From: an uncultured Bifidobacteriaceae bacterium
GTDB taxonomy: Bacteria; Acidobacteriota; Vicinamibacteria; Vicinamibacterales; CAVVIG01
Direction: 5' to 3'
Length of the DNA: 38,172 nt
Assembly (NCBI GenBank): GCA_964497175.1
Contig: CAZCEL010000001.1
Location: forward strand, 1-38,172
How positions within the stretch are numbered: the stretch's first letter is position 1; every line of letters starts with the position of its first letter. A model generated the notes under the pieces. The model was not told the origin of the DNA, ran no database searches, and saw only the letters and a list, made by a program, of their open reading frames with translations. Positions 1 to 8,056 of the stretch are shown here, piece after piece. The position numbers and the translations under genes were made by a program.

Positions 1-1
1 C

Positions 2-2584
2 ATGGCAAGTGCTTCGAGGCCCGTCACCTCACCCCAGGAGTCGCCCCCACGCCCGCTGTTCGACGGATCGGCCGGCGAATCCAGGGTTCTGCGACGTTTG
101 TGGATTGCCACGTTGGTGTGGCCGACGGTGGGTGGTGCGCTCCTCATCGCCGGTGTTCGAGCGGGCGTGTTCGGAGTGGCCGCCGGTACGGCCATCCTCG
201 TGGCGCTGGGCTTTGTGGTCTTCACCGTCCTGATCCTGGGCGATGCGCGCGACCTTGCCGCCGTGCGCCGCACGACGCGCAAGGCCGAAGCGCGATTCCA
301 CGACCTGATTGAATCCTCGCCCGACGGCATCCTGCTGGTCGGCCGGGACGGGCTGATTCGCTTTGCGAACCGACAAATCGAGCGACTCTTCGGCCATTCC
401 AGCGCGGCGCTCGTCGGTCAGTCGGTCGAAACCTTGATTCCTGCCAGACTCCGGGCGCAGCACGCCGCGGATCGAGAGCGGTTTCAGGCGGAGCCGCGCA
501 CGCGCCCGATGGGCGAGAGCCGCGACTTGATGGCGCTTCGCAGCGACGGCTCGGAGTTTCCGGTCGAAGTGAGCCTGAGCCCGACGGCAAGCAGCGCGGA
601 GGGGCTGGTCATCGCCACGGTGCGCGACGTGACCGACCGCCGCCGCATCGAGCGGGGCCTCCAAGCGAGCGAACAGCGATATCGCGATATCGTCGGAACC
701 ATCGACGAGGCCGTGTACGCCATCGAGCCCGGCGAGAATCCACTCGTCGGGCGTCTCGTGCTGGTGAGCGACCGTGTGGAGCACATCACCGGTTACAGTC
801 CTTCGGAGTTCCGCGAAGACCCAACGCTCTGGAGCTCCCTGATCCACCCGGACGACCTGCCGTCTGTGGCCGCGCTCACGGTGCAGATGTTCACGGAAGG
901 CAGGCCGTCTACCGCGCGATATCGCCTCCGCCACAAGCAGACCGGGACCTACCGGTGGATCGAGGACCGGGCCGCGCCGCAGGTCGGGCCGAACGGGACG
1001 GTGACGATGATCTTCGGCGTCGCGCGGGATGTGAGCGAGAGCGTGCTGGCCGAAGAAGCGCTGAAGCAGAGCGAAGAGCGCTACCGCGAGATGTTCATGG
1101 ACAACCTCTCGGGCGCGTACTTCTCGACGCCCGACGGCAGGGTCATCGCGTGCAATCCGGCGTTTGCCTCGATGTTCGGACAGGCCTCGATCGAGAACGC
1201 GTTGCGCATGGACTTCGCAGCCGCCTACCAGGGTTCCGAGGACCGGCAGGAGTTTCTCGACCTGCTCCGCACCCACCGGCGAGTCGAGAACCGCGACGTC
1301 CAATTCCTGCGTCCCGATGGTAAGACGCTCCACGCCATCCAGAACGCCGTGGGGATCTTCGACCAGAGCGGTACGCTGCGTGAGATTCGCGGGTACTTGA
1401 TAGACACGACCGGGCAGAAACAACTCGAGGAGCAGCTCCGGCAGGCACAGAAGATGGAAGCGGTCGGCCGCCTGGCGGGCGGCGTCGCCCACGACTTCAA
1501 CAACATCCTCACGGTCATCGCCGGACTCTCGGAGCTGCTGCTGGCCCGGTTCGAGCCGGACCAGCCCGGGCGCGCAGACGTCCAGGAGATACAGAACGCC
1601 CTGAAGCGAGCGAGCGACATCACTCGCCAGTTGCTGATCTTCAGCAGACGGGAAGTCGTGCGGGCGGTCGTTCTCGACCTCAATCAGGTGCTGCACCACC
1701 TCGACCGGCTGATCCAAAGGCTCCTCGGCGAGGACCTCGATTACGTAATGGGACTGACGCCCGGCGAGCTTCGCGTGAAGATCGATCAAGGGCAGCTCGT
1801 GCAGGTGGTGACCAACCTCGCGGTCAACGCCCGGGACGCGATGTCCGAGGGCGGCACGCTGACGATTGAGACCGCCGCCGTTCATGTGAACGAGGGTGAC
1901 GCGATCGAGGGCGTGCGCTTCGGGTTTGCGATCGTTCCCGGAAGTTACGCCCGCATCTCGGTCAGCGACGTGGGCACGGGCATCGACGCAGAAGTGCTGC
2001 CGCACATCTTTGAACCGTTCTTCACGACCAAGGAGCGTGGAAGGGGCACCGGCCTTGGCCTTTCAACCGTCTACGGCATCGTCAAGGGGGCGGGCGGCTT
2101 AATCGACGTCCGGAGCCAGTCGGGACGTACGACGTTCGACGTGTACCTGCCGCGCACCAACGAGCCGGTCACGACGAGCCATGAGGGAGTCGGTGACACC
2201 CCCGGTCCAGGGATGGCGGGGCGATGGATTCTGATCGTGGAGGACGACAGCGGTGTTCGGGGCATGATTCGACGAGCGCTGGTGACCGCGGGATGCCGGA
2301 TTCTCGAGGCGGAAAACGGATCGGAGGCCCTGGACCTGCTCGAGCGCTACGGAGCGGCCGTGGATCTGGTGCTGACCGATGTCGTAATGCCCGTGATGGG
2401 CGGAGCGTCGCTTGCACGCCAGATTGAACGACTCTACCCGGGGACCAAGATCCTGTTCATGTCAGGCTATCCAGGCGGCGCCGCCACGCCGGAGGTCGCG
2501 AGCGACAACGCGAGCATCCCATTTCTGCCCAAGCCGTTCTCCCCCAGCGAGCTGAAGGCCAAGATGAGGGCGTTGCTGCGCTGA
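2..2584 (+). CDS. Hybrid sensor histidine kinase (N-terminal TM segments, three PAS-like domains, HisKA, HATPase_c, C-terminal receiver)
   Basis: 860-aa ORF. H-box GGVAHDFNNIL, N-box NLAVNARDAM, G-boxes DVGTGI and GTGLGLS. The receiver shows ILIVEDD...LVLTDVVMP...LPKPF. The ORF opens at the window edge, so the 5' end could lie upstream. Confidence 0.93.
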   Translation: MASASRPVTSPQESPPRPLFDGSAGESRVLRRLWIATLVWPTVGGALLIAGVRAGVFGVAAGTAILVALGFVVFTVLILGDARDLAAVRRTTRKAEARFHDLIESSPDGILLVGRDGLIRFANRQIERLFGHSSAALVGQSVETLIPARLRAQHAADRERFQAEPRTRPMGESRDLMALRSDGSEFPVEVSLSPTASSAEGLVIATVRDVTDRRRIERGLQASEQRYRDIVGTIDEAVYAIEPGENPLVGRLVLVSDRVEHITGYSPSEFREDPTLWSSLIHPDDLPSVAALTVQMFTEGRPSTARYRLRHKQTGTYRWIEDRAAPQVGPNGTVTMIFGVARDVSESVLAEEALKQSEERYREMFMDNLSGAYFSTPDGRVIACNPAFASMFGQASIENALRMDFAAAYQGSEDRQEFLDLLRTHRRVENRDVQFLRPDGKTLHAIQNAVGIFDQSGTLREIRGYLIDTTGQKQLEEQLRQAQKMEAVGRLAGGVAHDFNNILTVIAGLSELLLARFEPDQPGRADVQEIQNALKRASDITRQLLIFSRREVVRAVVLDLNQVLHHLDRLIQRLLGEDLDYVMGLTPGELRVKIDQGQLVQVVTNLAVNARDAMSEGGTLTIETAAVHVNEGDAIEGVRFGFAIVPGSYARISVSDVGTGIDAEVLPHIFEPFFTTKERGRGTGLGLSTVYGIVKGAGGLIDVRSQSGRTTFDVYLPRTNEPVTTSHEGVGDTPGPGMAGRWILIVEDDSGVRGMIRRALVTAGCRILEAENGSEALDLLERYGAAVDLVLTDVVMPVMGGASLARQIERLYPGTKILFMSGYPGGAATPEVASDNASIPFLPKPFSPSELKAKMRALLR

Positions 2585-2611
2585 CCGCTCGAGCGAACCT
2601 TCGCGGCGCAT

Positions 2612-3211
2612 TCACGGGCGCAAGCCCAAGGCTCGCCTGTAGTCCTCCGGCGTATCGACGTCGAGAAACGACCCCTCGTCGTCCACTTCGACGTCTCCCT
2701 CCGGCGACGCGTACTGGCGGACGATGGGCTTGGCGCCGAGCGACGGATCAGCGGCATGGAGGCGCCCGAACAGCGAGCGGTCGATGAGCACCGGGTGGCC
2801 GTGTTCGGTGCCCCGAACCGGTCGTACGACCGGCGCACGCGTCTTGCGATGCCGCTCGACGACCGCTCGCACCGTCGCGGCCGACACGAGCGGCACGTCG
2901 ACGAGCATCAGCAGCATCCCGCTGACACCCGGCCGATCGATTACGCGCAGGCCCGCCAGCAACGACGAGAACTGCCCCTCCTCGAACGCGTCATTGACCA
3001 CGACGCGCGCCTGAACGTTCCCCGCTTGGAGCGCCGCCCGAACGGCCTCGGCTTCGTGGCCGAGCACGACAACCACCTCGTCCACGTCGGCCTCGTGAAA
3101 CGTCGCAACAATGCGGCCGATAAACGTCTCGCCAGGACCGAGCGGCAGCGTCGCCTTGGGCCGACCCATCCGGGTCGACTTGCCGGCCGCGAGCACGAGT
3201 GCGGGAATCAT
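2612..3211 (-). CDS. MobA-like NTP transferase (molybdenum cofactor cytidylyl/guanylyltransferase family)
   Basis: 199-aa ORF. The N-terminus LVLAAGKSTRMGRPKATLPL is the typical MobA/MocA nucleotide-binding loop. Confidence 0.85.
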   Translation of the reverse strand: MIPALVLAAGKSTRMGRPKATLPLGPGETFIGRIVATFHEADVDEVVVVLGHEAEAVRAALQAGNVQARVVVNDAFEEGQFSSLLAGLRVIDRPGVSGMLLMLVDVPLVSAATVRAVVERHRKTRAPVVRPVRGTEHGHPVLIDRSLFGRLHAADPSLGAKPIVRQYASPEGDVEVDDEGSFLDVDTPEDYRRALGLRP

Positions 3212-3241
3212 CGGCGACCGGATCGGAATCTCAGCAATCCG

Positions 3242-3304
3242 AGAATCGAGATGCCGGAGATTCTGTCAGAATCGTACGAATTCAGGGACTCCGATCTAGA
3301 ATCG
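3242..3304. repeat. AGAATCG heptamer repeated three times plus one inverted copy
   Basis: AGAATCG occurs at 3242-3248, 3268-3274 and 3298-3304. GATTCT at 3259-3264 forms AGAATC-N11-GATTCT with the first copy. Additional GAATC copies lie at 3205 and 3226. Confidence 0.6.
3297..3302 (+). promoter_or_regulatory. Candidate -10 box TAGAAT, 7 nt upstream of the zinc-ribbon ATG (leaderless)
   Basis: TAGAAT at 3297-3302 and ATG at 3310, with no SD between them. Confidence 0.4.
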
Positions 3305-3309
3305 CACCC

Positions 3310-3498
3310 ATGAGTGACGTCGAGCTCCATATCCGGTGCCAGCGGTGCGGCACCGCCATGGACATGCGCGATCCCGCGCCCGGCGGGCCGTGGACCCCGG
3401 ATCAGTTCTGGGTGTGCCCGCGGTGCGGCCGGCACTTCTGGTCCACCTACCCGCCGCCCGGCCGCGACAAGCCGAAACCGGCGGCTGAGTCCGCCTGA
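3310..3498 (+). CDS. Small zinc-ribbon protein (62 aa), unknown function
   Basis: Internal ATG of the 3199..3498 ORF. Two CxxC pairs (CQRCG ... CPRCG). Third-codon positions are almost all G/C, as in the neighbouring real genes. TAGAAT lies 7 nt upstream of the ATG and there is no SD. Confidence 0.7.
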   Translation: MSDVELHIRCQRCGTAMDMRDPAPGGPWTPDQFWVCPRCGRHFWSTYPPPGRDKPKPAAESA

Positions 3499-3731
3499 TG
3501 ACCTCGGCGGGTGATTCGCTTCCCTTTCGCGGGGCCGGCGGCCCGAGCGGATCGATCGCTCTTTCCCGGCCCGACCCTGACGTCGACAGTGACCCGGACG
3601 ACGATGAGGATGAGGGTGGCGGCTACGGGGAGCCCGACGAATTCGAGGACGAAAACGGGGAGGACGACGAAGAGGAGGAGACCTGGCAGGTTTGCCATCT
3701 TCGCTTGACTTCAGCTTCGGAACCTGCCTAG
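3498..3731 (+). CDS. Possible hyper-acidic small protein (77 aa), doubtful
   Basis: Its ATG overlaps the stop of the zinc-ribbon ORF (TGATG). It has an Asp/Glu-rich core (DPDVDSDPDDDEDEGGGYGEPDEFEDENGEDDEEEE). By hand count, third-position GC (about 70 percent) is clearly lower than in flanking genes. The 3' end overlaps a candidate csp promoter. Confidence 0.3.
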   Translation: MTSAGDSLPFRGAGGPSGSIALSRPDPDVDSDPDDDEDEGGGYGEPDEFEDENGEDDEEEETWQVCHLRLTSASEPA

Positions 3732-3734
3732 ACT
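3705..3734 (+). promoter_or_regulatory. Candidate sigma70-type promoter of the cold-shock gene
   Basis: TTGACT (3705-3710), an 18-nt spacer, then TAGACT (3729-3734). This would give a 5' UTR of roughly 140 nt before the ATG at 3882. Confidence 0.35.
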
Positions 3735-3881
3735 TGCGCCGATTTTCCGGCTCCATCAGCGGAGTCGGACCGCCTGACAGCCGGCGGCGCGCGTCCGGAC
3801 GGCTACGGATTCCCGAAGTGCCCGTGCCGGCTGAACGCCTCCGGGATGTTTTTCCGGGGGTCGCAACGGAGGGCTTCGGGT

Positions 3882-4088
3882 ATGCCGACCGGCACAATCG
3901 CACGTCTCCTCATCGACAAGGGCTTCGGCTTCATCCGCGATGAAGGAGGCATCGAGCACTTCTTCCATCGCAGCGCTGTTCGTGGCGCGGTGTTCGAGCT
4001 GCTTCGTGAAGGGCAGCGCGTGGAGTTCACGCCCGAGGAATCCGCCAAGGGACCCCGCGCGGGCGACGTCCGCCTGATCGAAAGCTGA
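3882..4088 (+). CDS. Cold-shock domain protein (CspA family)
   Basis: The KGFGFI RNP1-like motif lies near the N-terminus (TGTIARLLIDKGFGFIRDEGG), followed by FFHRSAV. GGAGGG lies 8 nt upstream of the internal ATG at 3882. Confidence 0.9.
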   Translation: MPTGTIARLLIDKGFGFIRDEGGIEHFFHRSAVRGAVFELLREGQRVEFTPEESAKGPRAGDVRLIES

Positions 4089-4131
4089 GCCTCTCCCGGC
4101 GCCCCGCGGATCCTGTTTCGTCCTCGGCTGG

Positions 4132-4818
4132 TCAGTCCAGGCCGATCGCCGCAAGCGCCCGGCTTAGATCGCTGAAGTCGCTGACCACGGCATTCGCGCC
4201 GCTGGCGCGAAGCGCATCGCACGTGTAGCTGCCGGTCGCGACAGCCACAGATCTCGCACCGCCAGCCACCGCAACAGCGACGTCGAGCGGAGTATCGCCG
4301 ACAATCACGACGTCTCGGGGAGAGACTGCCCCCCGCCCCCCCTCCGCGACGCGCGCGATGGCTGCGGGCAGCAGCCGGGCCCGCTCGCGCTCACCGTCCC
4401 CAAAAGCCCCGTAGGGGAAGTACCGCCAGAGATCGAAGTACTCCAGCTTGATTCGAGCGCCGCGTTCGAAATTCCCCGTCAACAAGCCGAGGCACACGTC
4501 GTCGATTTCTGACAACCGGTCGAGCAGCTCGCGGACGCCGGGGAGCACGCCCTTCCGGGGGCCAGGCAAGAGCACCTCGCGGGACAGGTGCTGGACGTAG
4601 GTCTCGTGAAAGCGGGTCAGCCGGCCGGCGTCGACGCCCAGACCGTGCCGGGCAGCCGCCTGCGCGACAATCCACGTATCCGTCCGTCCGGCCATCGGAA
4701 TCGCATCGAGCCCGTCGGCGACGCCGAATACTTCGGCGAAGGCACGCTTCATGGCTCGGACCCCTGCGCCGCCGGTGAGCACCAGGGTGCCGTCAACATC
4801 GAACAGGATCAGTCTCAT
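4132..4818 (-). CDS. HAD-superfamily hydrolase (phosphoglycolate phosphatase-like)
   Basis: Starts MRLILFDVDGTLV (HAD motif I DxDGT). Motif IV is VGDTPLDV. The longer ORF-track start at 4938 would overlap the upstream gene. Confidence 0.85.
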   Translation of the reverse strand: MRLILFDVDGTLVLTGGAGVRAMKRAFAEVFGVADGLDAIPMAGRTDTWIVAQAAARHGLGVDAGRLTRFHETYVQHLSREVLLPGPRKGVLPGVRELLDRLSEIDDVCLGLLTGNFERGARIKLEYFDLWRYFPYGAFGDGERERARLLPAAIARVAEGGRGAVSPRDVVIVGDTPLDVAVAVAGGARSVAVATGSYTCDALRASGANAVVSDFSDLSRALAAIGLD

Positions 4819-4829
4819 CCCTGAGATCG

Positions 4830-4835
4830 ATTCTA
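4830..4835 (-). promoter_or_regulatory. Candidate -10 box TAGAAT upstream of the HAD gene
   Basis: Minus-strand TAGAATCG lies 11 nt upstream of the ATG at 4818. Confidence 0.3.
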
Positions 4836-4879
4836 CTGGAAGCTCCGCGTTCGAGCTGCCTCGAACGCCTCGCCCGCGT

Positions 4880-5566
4880 TCATCGCCCGAAGGCAATACG
4901 CCCCGAAGCCGGATCGAGGCGCCCGACACGAGGACCAACTGCCTCCGCGAACGTCTCGTCCGCCGTCAAGATCAATGCGGCTGCGGCTCGTCCGCGAAGC
5001 AGTGCCCTGACGTCTCTCGCCAGCCCTTTGACGTCGCCCCTCGACAGGGTGGCCGTCGGATGTTCAGCCAGCAACAGATCGGGTTCCAGGGCCAGCGCGC
5101 GAGCGAAGCGCAACCTCGCGCGTCCGGACGGCCCTAGCTCGCCCGTCGGGCGATCCAGGTCGGCTTCGGCCAGGCCCGCCTCGATCGCGAGCGCCGCGGC
5201 ACGGCGCCGCATCGGGTCGGACAGCGGATCCACATCGAGCGACAGCGGCAGGGCCAGGTTCTGGACGACCGACAGCGCGTCGACGAGCGGGGCACGCTCG
5301 CTGACGATGCCGAAGCGCTCGAGCGAGGCGAGCCAGGCGGGACCATCGGCGATATCGGCGGTAGACCTGCCATGAACGCGAATCTCACCTCGGTCGGGAA
5401 GGCTCGCCCCTGTCAGCAGATTGATGAGTACTTCGGCGCCGGGCCCATCGATCCCGACGAGTGCCAGCCGATCGCCCTGTGCGAGCGTCAGCCTCTCGAT
5501 TCGTAGCGGCCGCAGACCGCCGTACGCCTTGCTGACGAGGGAGAGTTCCAGGACCGGAACGCTCAC
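4880..5566 (-). CDS. ABC-ATPase-fold protein with degenerate catalytic motifs
   Basis: The layout is collinear with ABC NBDs, but every catalytic motif is altered:
- Walker A is GIDGPGAE, where GxxGxGKS/T is expected.
- The Q-loop Gln is replaced (FGIVSE).
- The signature is LGPSG, where LSGGQ is expected.
- Walker B is LLLAEHP, where hhhhDEP is expected.
- The H-loop is TAD.
The GTG start overlaps the upstream stop (GTGA). Confidence 0.8.
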   Translation of the reverse strand: MSVPVLELSLVSKAYGGLRPLRIERLTLAQGDRLALVGIDGPGAEVLINLLTGASLPDRGEIRVHGRSTADIADGPAWLASLERFGIVSERAPLVDALSVVQNLALPLSLDVDPLSDPMRRRAAALAIEAGLAEADLDRPTGELGPSGRARLRFARALALEPDLLLAEHPTATLSRGDVKGLARDVRALLRGRAAAALILTADETFAEAVGPRVGRLDPASGRIAFGR

Positions 5567-6030
5567 GCGCCCAGCAATCGATTGACTTCGTTCACAATCC
5601 GGCTGGAGGCGCCGAGCGCCTCGATCTCGGTCTTGAGCGCCGCGATGTTGGCGACCACCGCGGCATACCCGAGAAGCGCGTGGACCATCGGCGGCATGAC
5701 GCCCGTGTCGACACTGGCGCCGAAGAGCGCGGCTATAATAGCCGCCGCCATCGCCACGGTGGCTACCGAGAACACCGGCTTGCGCGCGGCTGCGATCCGG
5801 CGGTAGTGATCGCCGGCGAGCCGTCCTTCCGCCATCGCATCCTTGACCGCTTTGCCCTTCCCGATGAGATAGAACATCATCATCGAGTGCGCCAGCAGCG
5901 CGATCGTCGTCGAAAAGAATCCAAGGGAAATGTGTCGCGCGATGTCCCCGCCGGTCAAGCCGACAATGGCCGTTGCCACGAGGCCGAGGAGGGCGATACC
6001 AACAGCGGTCAGCAGTGCCTGCGCCATCAT
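5563..6030 (-). CDS. Small integral membrane protein (about 4 TM helices), unknown function
   Basis: Internal start MMAQALLTAVGIALLGLVAT. There are four hydrophobic stretches. The Arg/Pro-rich N-terminal extension in the ORF track looks non-coding. The stop overlaps the start of the ABC-like gene. Confidence 0.7.
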   Translation of the reverse strand: MMAQALLTAVGIALLGLVATAIVGLTGGDIARHISLGFFSTTIALLAHSMMMFYLIGKGKAVKDAMAEGRLAGDHYRRIAAARKPVFSVATVAMAAAIIAALFGASVDTGVMPPMVHALLGYAAVVANIAALKTEIEALGASSRIVNEVNRLLGA

Positions 6031-6080
6031 CGAGTCCCTCAGCCCGCTCTCAGACGCCAGCGAGCCCGCCCAGCTGAAGT

Positions 6081-6650
6081 ATGGCCGAAATGAACCTGTT
6101 CGATCTACCGTCGCCGTTCGTGGCAGATTGGGCTCGCTCACTCGTCGACACGGTGGGCGGGGCGCGCCGGGCGCTCGACATCGCGATGGGTCGCGGCCGG
6201 AATACGCTGATGCTGGCCGCCGCAGGGTTCCGAACCTTCGGCGTCGACGTGCGGCTGGAAGCACTCCAAGCCGCCAGCCATCGTGCGCGCGAGCGCGGCC
6301 TGGCGATCAGCGCGTGGTGCACCGATCTGACGTCCTGTCCGCTCCCACGCGAGCGATTCGAGCTCATCGTCGTGTCCCGGTATTTGCAGCGTGACCTCTT
6401 CGAGCGCCTGCGAGCCACCCTCGTGCCCGGCGGCGCGATTCTGTACGAAACGTTCACAGAGGCACAGTTGGCTCTGGGGCGGGGTCCTTCGAGCCCCCAC
6501 CATCTGCTGCGGCCGGGCGAGCTCCGTTCGTACTTTCACGCGTTCGACATCCTCTTCTACGAGGAGGTCGTTGAGCCTGACGCGCTCGCCCGCCTCGTGG
6601 CAAGAAAGCCGGCCGCTTCGCGCCTGCCCCCGACGTTCACCGTCGGCTGA
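6081..6650 (+). CDS. Class I SAM-dependent methyltransferase
   Basis: Motif I-like ALDIAMGRGRNTLMLAAAGFRTFGVDV and motif-II-like ELIVVSRYL, within a TehB-like small methyltransferase layout. Confidence 0.85.
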   Translation: MAEMNLFDLPSPFVADWARSLVDTVGGARRALDIAMGRGRNTLMLAAAGFRTFGVDVRLEALQAASHRARERGLAISAWCTDLTSCPLPRERFELIVVSRYLQRDLFERLRATLVPGGAILYETFTEAQLALGRGPSSPHHLLRPGELRSYFHAFDILFYEEVVEPDALARLVARKPAASRLPPTFTVG

Positions 6651-6739
6651 GCGCGCCAGTCGCTCGTATCGTCCCGGCAAAGAAACGGAACCACGGATAC
6701 CTGGACCCGTGGGCTGGGCAGCCGGGAGCGTCTGGCCTT

Positions 6740-7693
6740 CTATCGGGCTGCGGCCGCGTCGCCGTCACGGCGACCGGTGGCGAGTCGTTCCTGAAGCGCG
6801 CGATACTCCGCGATGAGCAGATCCCGGTGCGCACGCTCCTCCTCGGCAAACTCGAGGAAGATCTGCTTGCCCTCGGAGTCTTCGAACTGCTCACCGTAGC
6901 GCTTGAAGAACTTGTGCGAGGCGCGCTCGCACTTGATCCCGATGAGCAGCGCCTGCTGATCGTTGACGCCCTGGCGCAGCTTCTCGGCGCCTTCGGCGAA
7001 GATGCCGTGCGCCGGGCCCCTGAAGAACAGGAACGTCGGCCGCGCCTCGAGCTGCGGATCCTTCGACAGCAAATCCTGGTACCGGCGCTCGAGCGTCCCG
7101 AGGTGCTCGCGCTCCTCACCGGCCAGCCGCTCGAACACGCTGCGCCCGCGCGCGTCGCTCGTGAGACCGGCCGCCCGCGTGTAGAACTCGAGACCGCTGC
7201 GCTCGGTGGCGATCGCGATGCGAAGCGCATCGCGGGCGAACACGAGCTCCGTGGTGGCCCCGTCGAGCGGCAATTCCTGCCGGCCGGTCCGGCATTCCTC
7301 GCACGTGCCGTACACCTGCAGGACCGTCTGCACAGGTTCGAAGCCCCGCAACCCGGCGATCTCCTCGACGATGGCTTCGACGTCCGAGCTCAGGAACTCC
7401 GACGACCGGTGGCAGGAGCGGCAGACGAGGTGGAAATGGCGAGGATGACGGAAGGACGGCTCGAACCTGGAACGCCCTTCCCCGAAGTCGACTTTTCGGG
7501 CGATGCCTGCGCCGACCATCCACTGGAGCGTTCGATAGACGGTGGCACGGCCGATGCCCGGATCCTCACGACGGACAAGATCGCAGAGGTCGTCGGCGCT
7601 CAGGTGCCCTTTCTGCCGGAGAAAGATGCTGAGGATCCGGTCGCGCTTGCTCGAGCGCTTGCCACCGGCCGGGCGCAGGCCCGAGAAGTCCAA
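6740..7693 (-). CDS. Fur-family transcriptional regulator fused to a ferritin-like/rubrerythrin diiron domain
   Basis: The N-terminal half carries ATVYRTLQWMVGAGIARKV, HPRHFH, CRSC and CEEC. The C-terminal half carries two E...ExxH halves (ATERSGLEFY / GEEREHL and KCERASHKFF / EEERAHRDL). Confidence 0.88.
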   Translation of the reverse strand: MDFSGLRPAGGKRSSKRDRILSIFLRQKGHLSADDLCDLVRREDPGIGRATVYRTLQWMVGAGIARKVDFGEGRSRFEPSFRHPRHFHLVCRSCHRSSEFLSSDVEAIVEEIAGLRGFEPVQTVLQVYGTCEECRTGRQELPLDGATTELVFARDALRIAIATERSGLEFYTRAAGLTSDARGRSVFERLAGEEREHLGTLERRYQDLLSKDPQLEARPTFLFFRGPAHGIFAEGAEKLRQGVNDQQALLIGIKCERASHKFFKRYGEQFEDSEGKQIFLEFAEEERAHRDLLIAEYRALQERLATGRRDGDAAAAR

Positions 7694-7699
7694 GGCGGT

Positions 7700-8029
7700 C
7701 TATTCGACCGTGAAGGACTGGCCGCACCCGCAGGTCGACGTCGCGTTCGGATTCTTGATCGTGAAGCCGCCTCCAGTGACGGTGTCCACGAAATCGACCT
7801 CCGCGCCGTTCAGATAGCGGATGCTGATGGGATCGACGAAGAGCCTGACGCCGTTCGACTCGTATACCTGGTCGCCGGCACCCTGCCCGTTTTCTTCGAT
7901 CATGAGCCCGTACTGGAATCCGGAGCAGCCCCCGCCCTGAACGAACACGCGAAGACCGCTGCCGGCCTTGTTCTCTTCCGCCAGAAGCTCGTTGATCTTG
8001 CCTGCTGCGGTTTCCGACACGTTGATCAT
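7700..8029 (-). CDS. erpA: Iron-sulfur cluster insertion/carrier protein (IscA/ErpA family)
   Basis: MINVSETAAGKI..., GGGCSGFQY, and the C-terminal CGCGQSF motif. GGAG lies upstream of the ATG at 8029. Confidence 0.93.
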   Translation of the reverse strand: MINVSETAAGKINELLAEENKAGSGLRVFVQGGGCSGFQYGLMIEENGQGAGDQVYESNGVRLFVDPISIRYLNGAEVDFVDTVTGGGFTIKNPNATSTCGCGQSFTVE

Positions 8030-8056
8030 GTCTCGTTTCTCCTGAGAGTACGAGCC

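Noticed and set aside
29-2005. 658-aa ORF on the minus strand opposite the histidine kinase
   Set aside because: This is a shadow ORF of a high-GC gene. Its composition is Arg/Gly/Ala/Pro-rich with no motifs, while the plus strand encodes a kinase with all canonical boxes.
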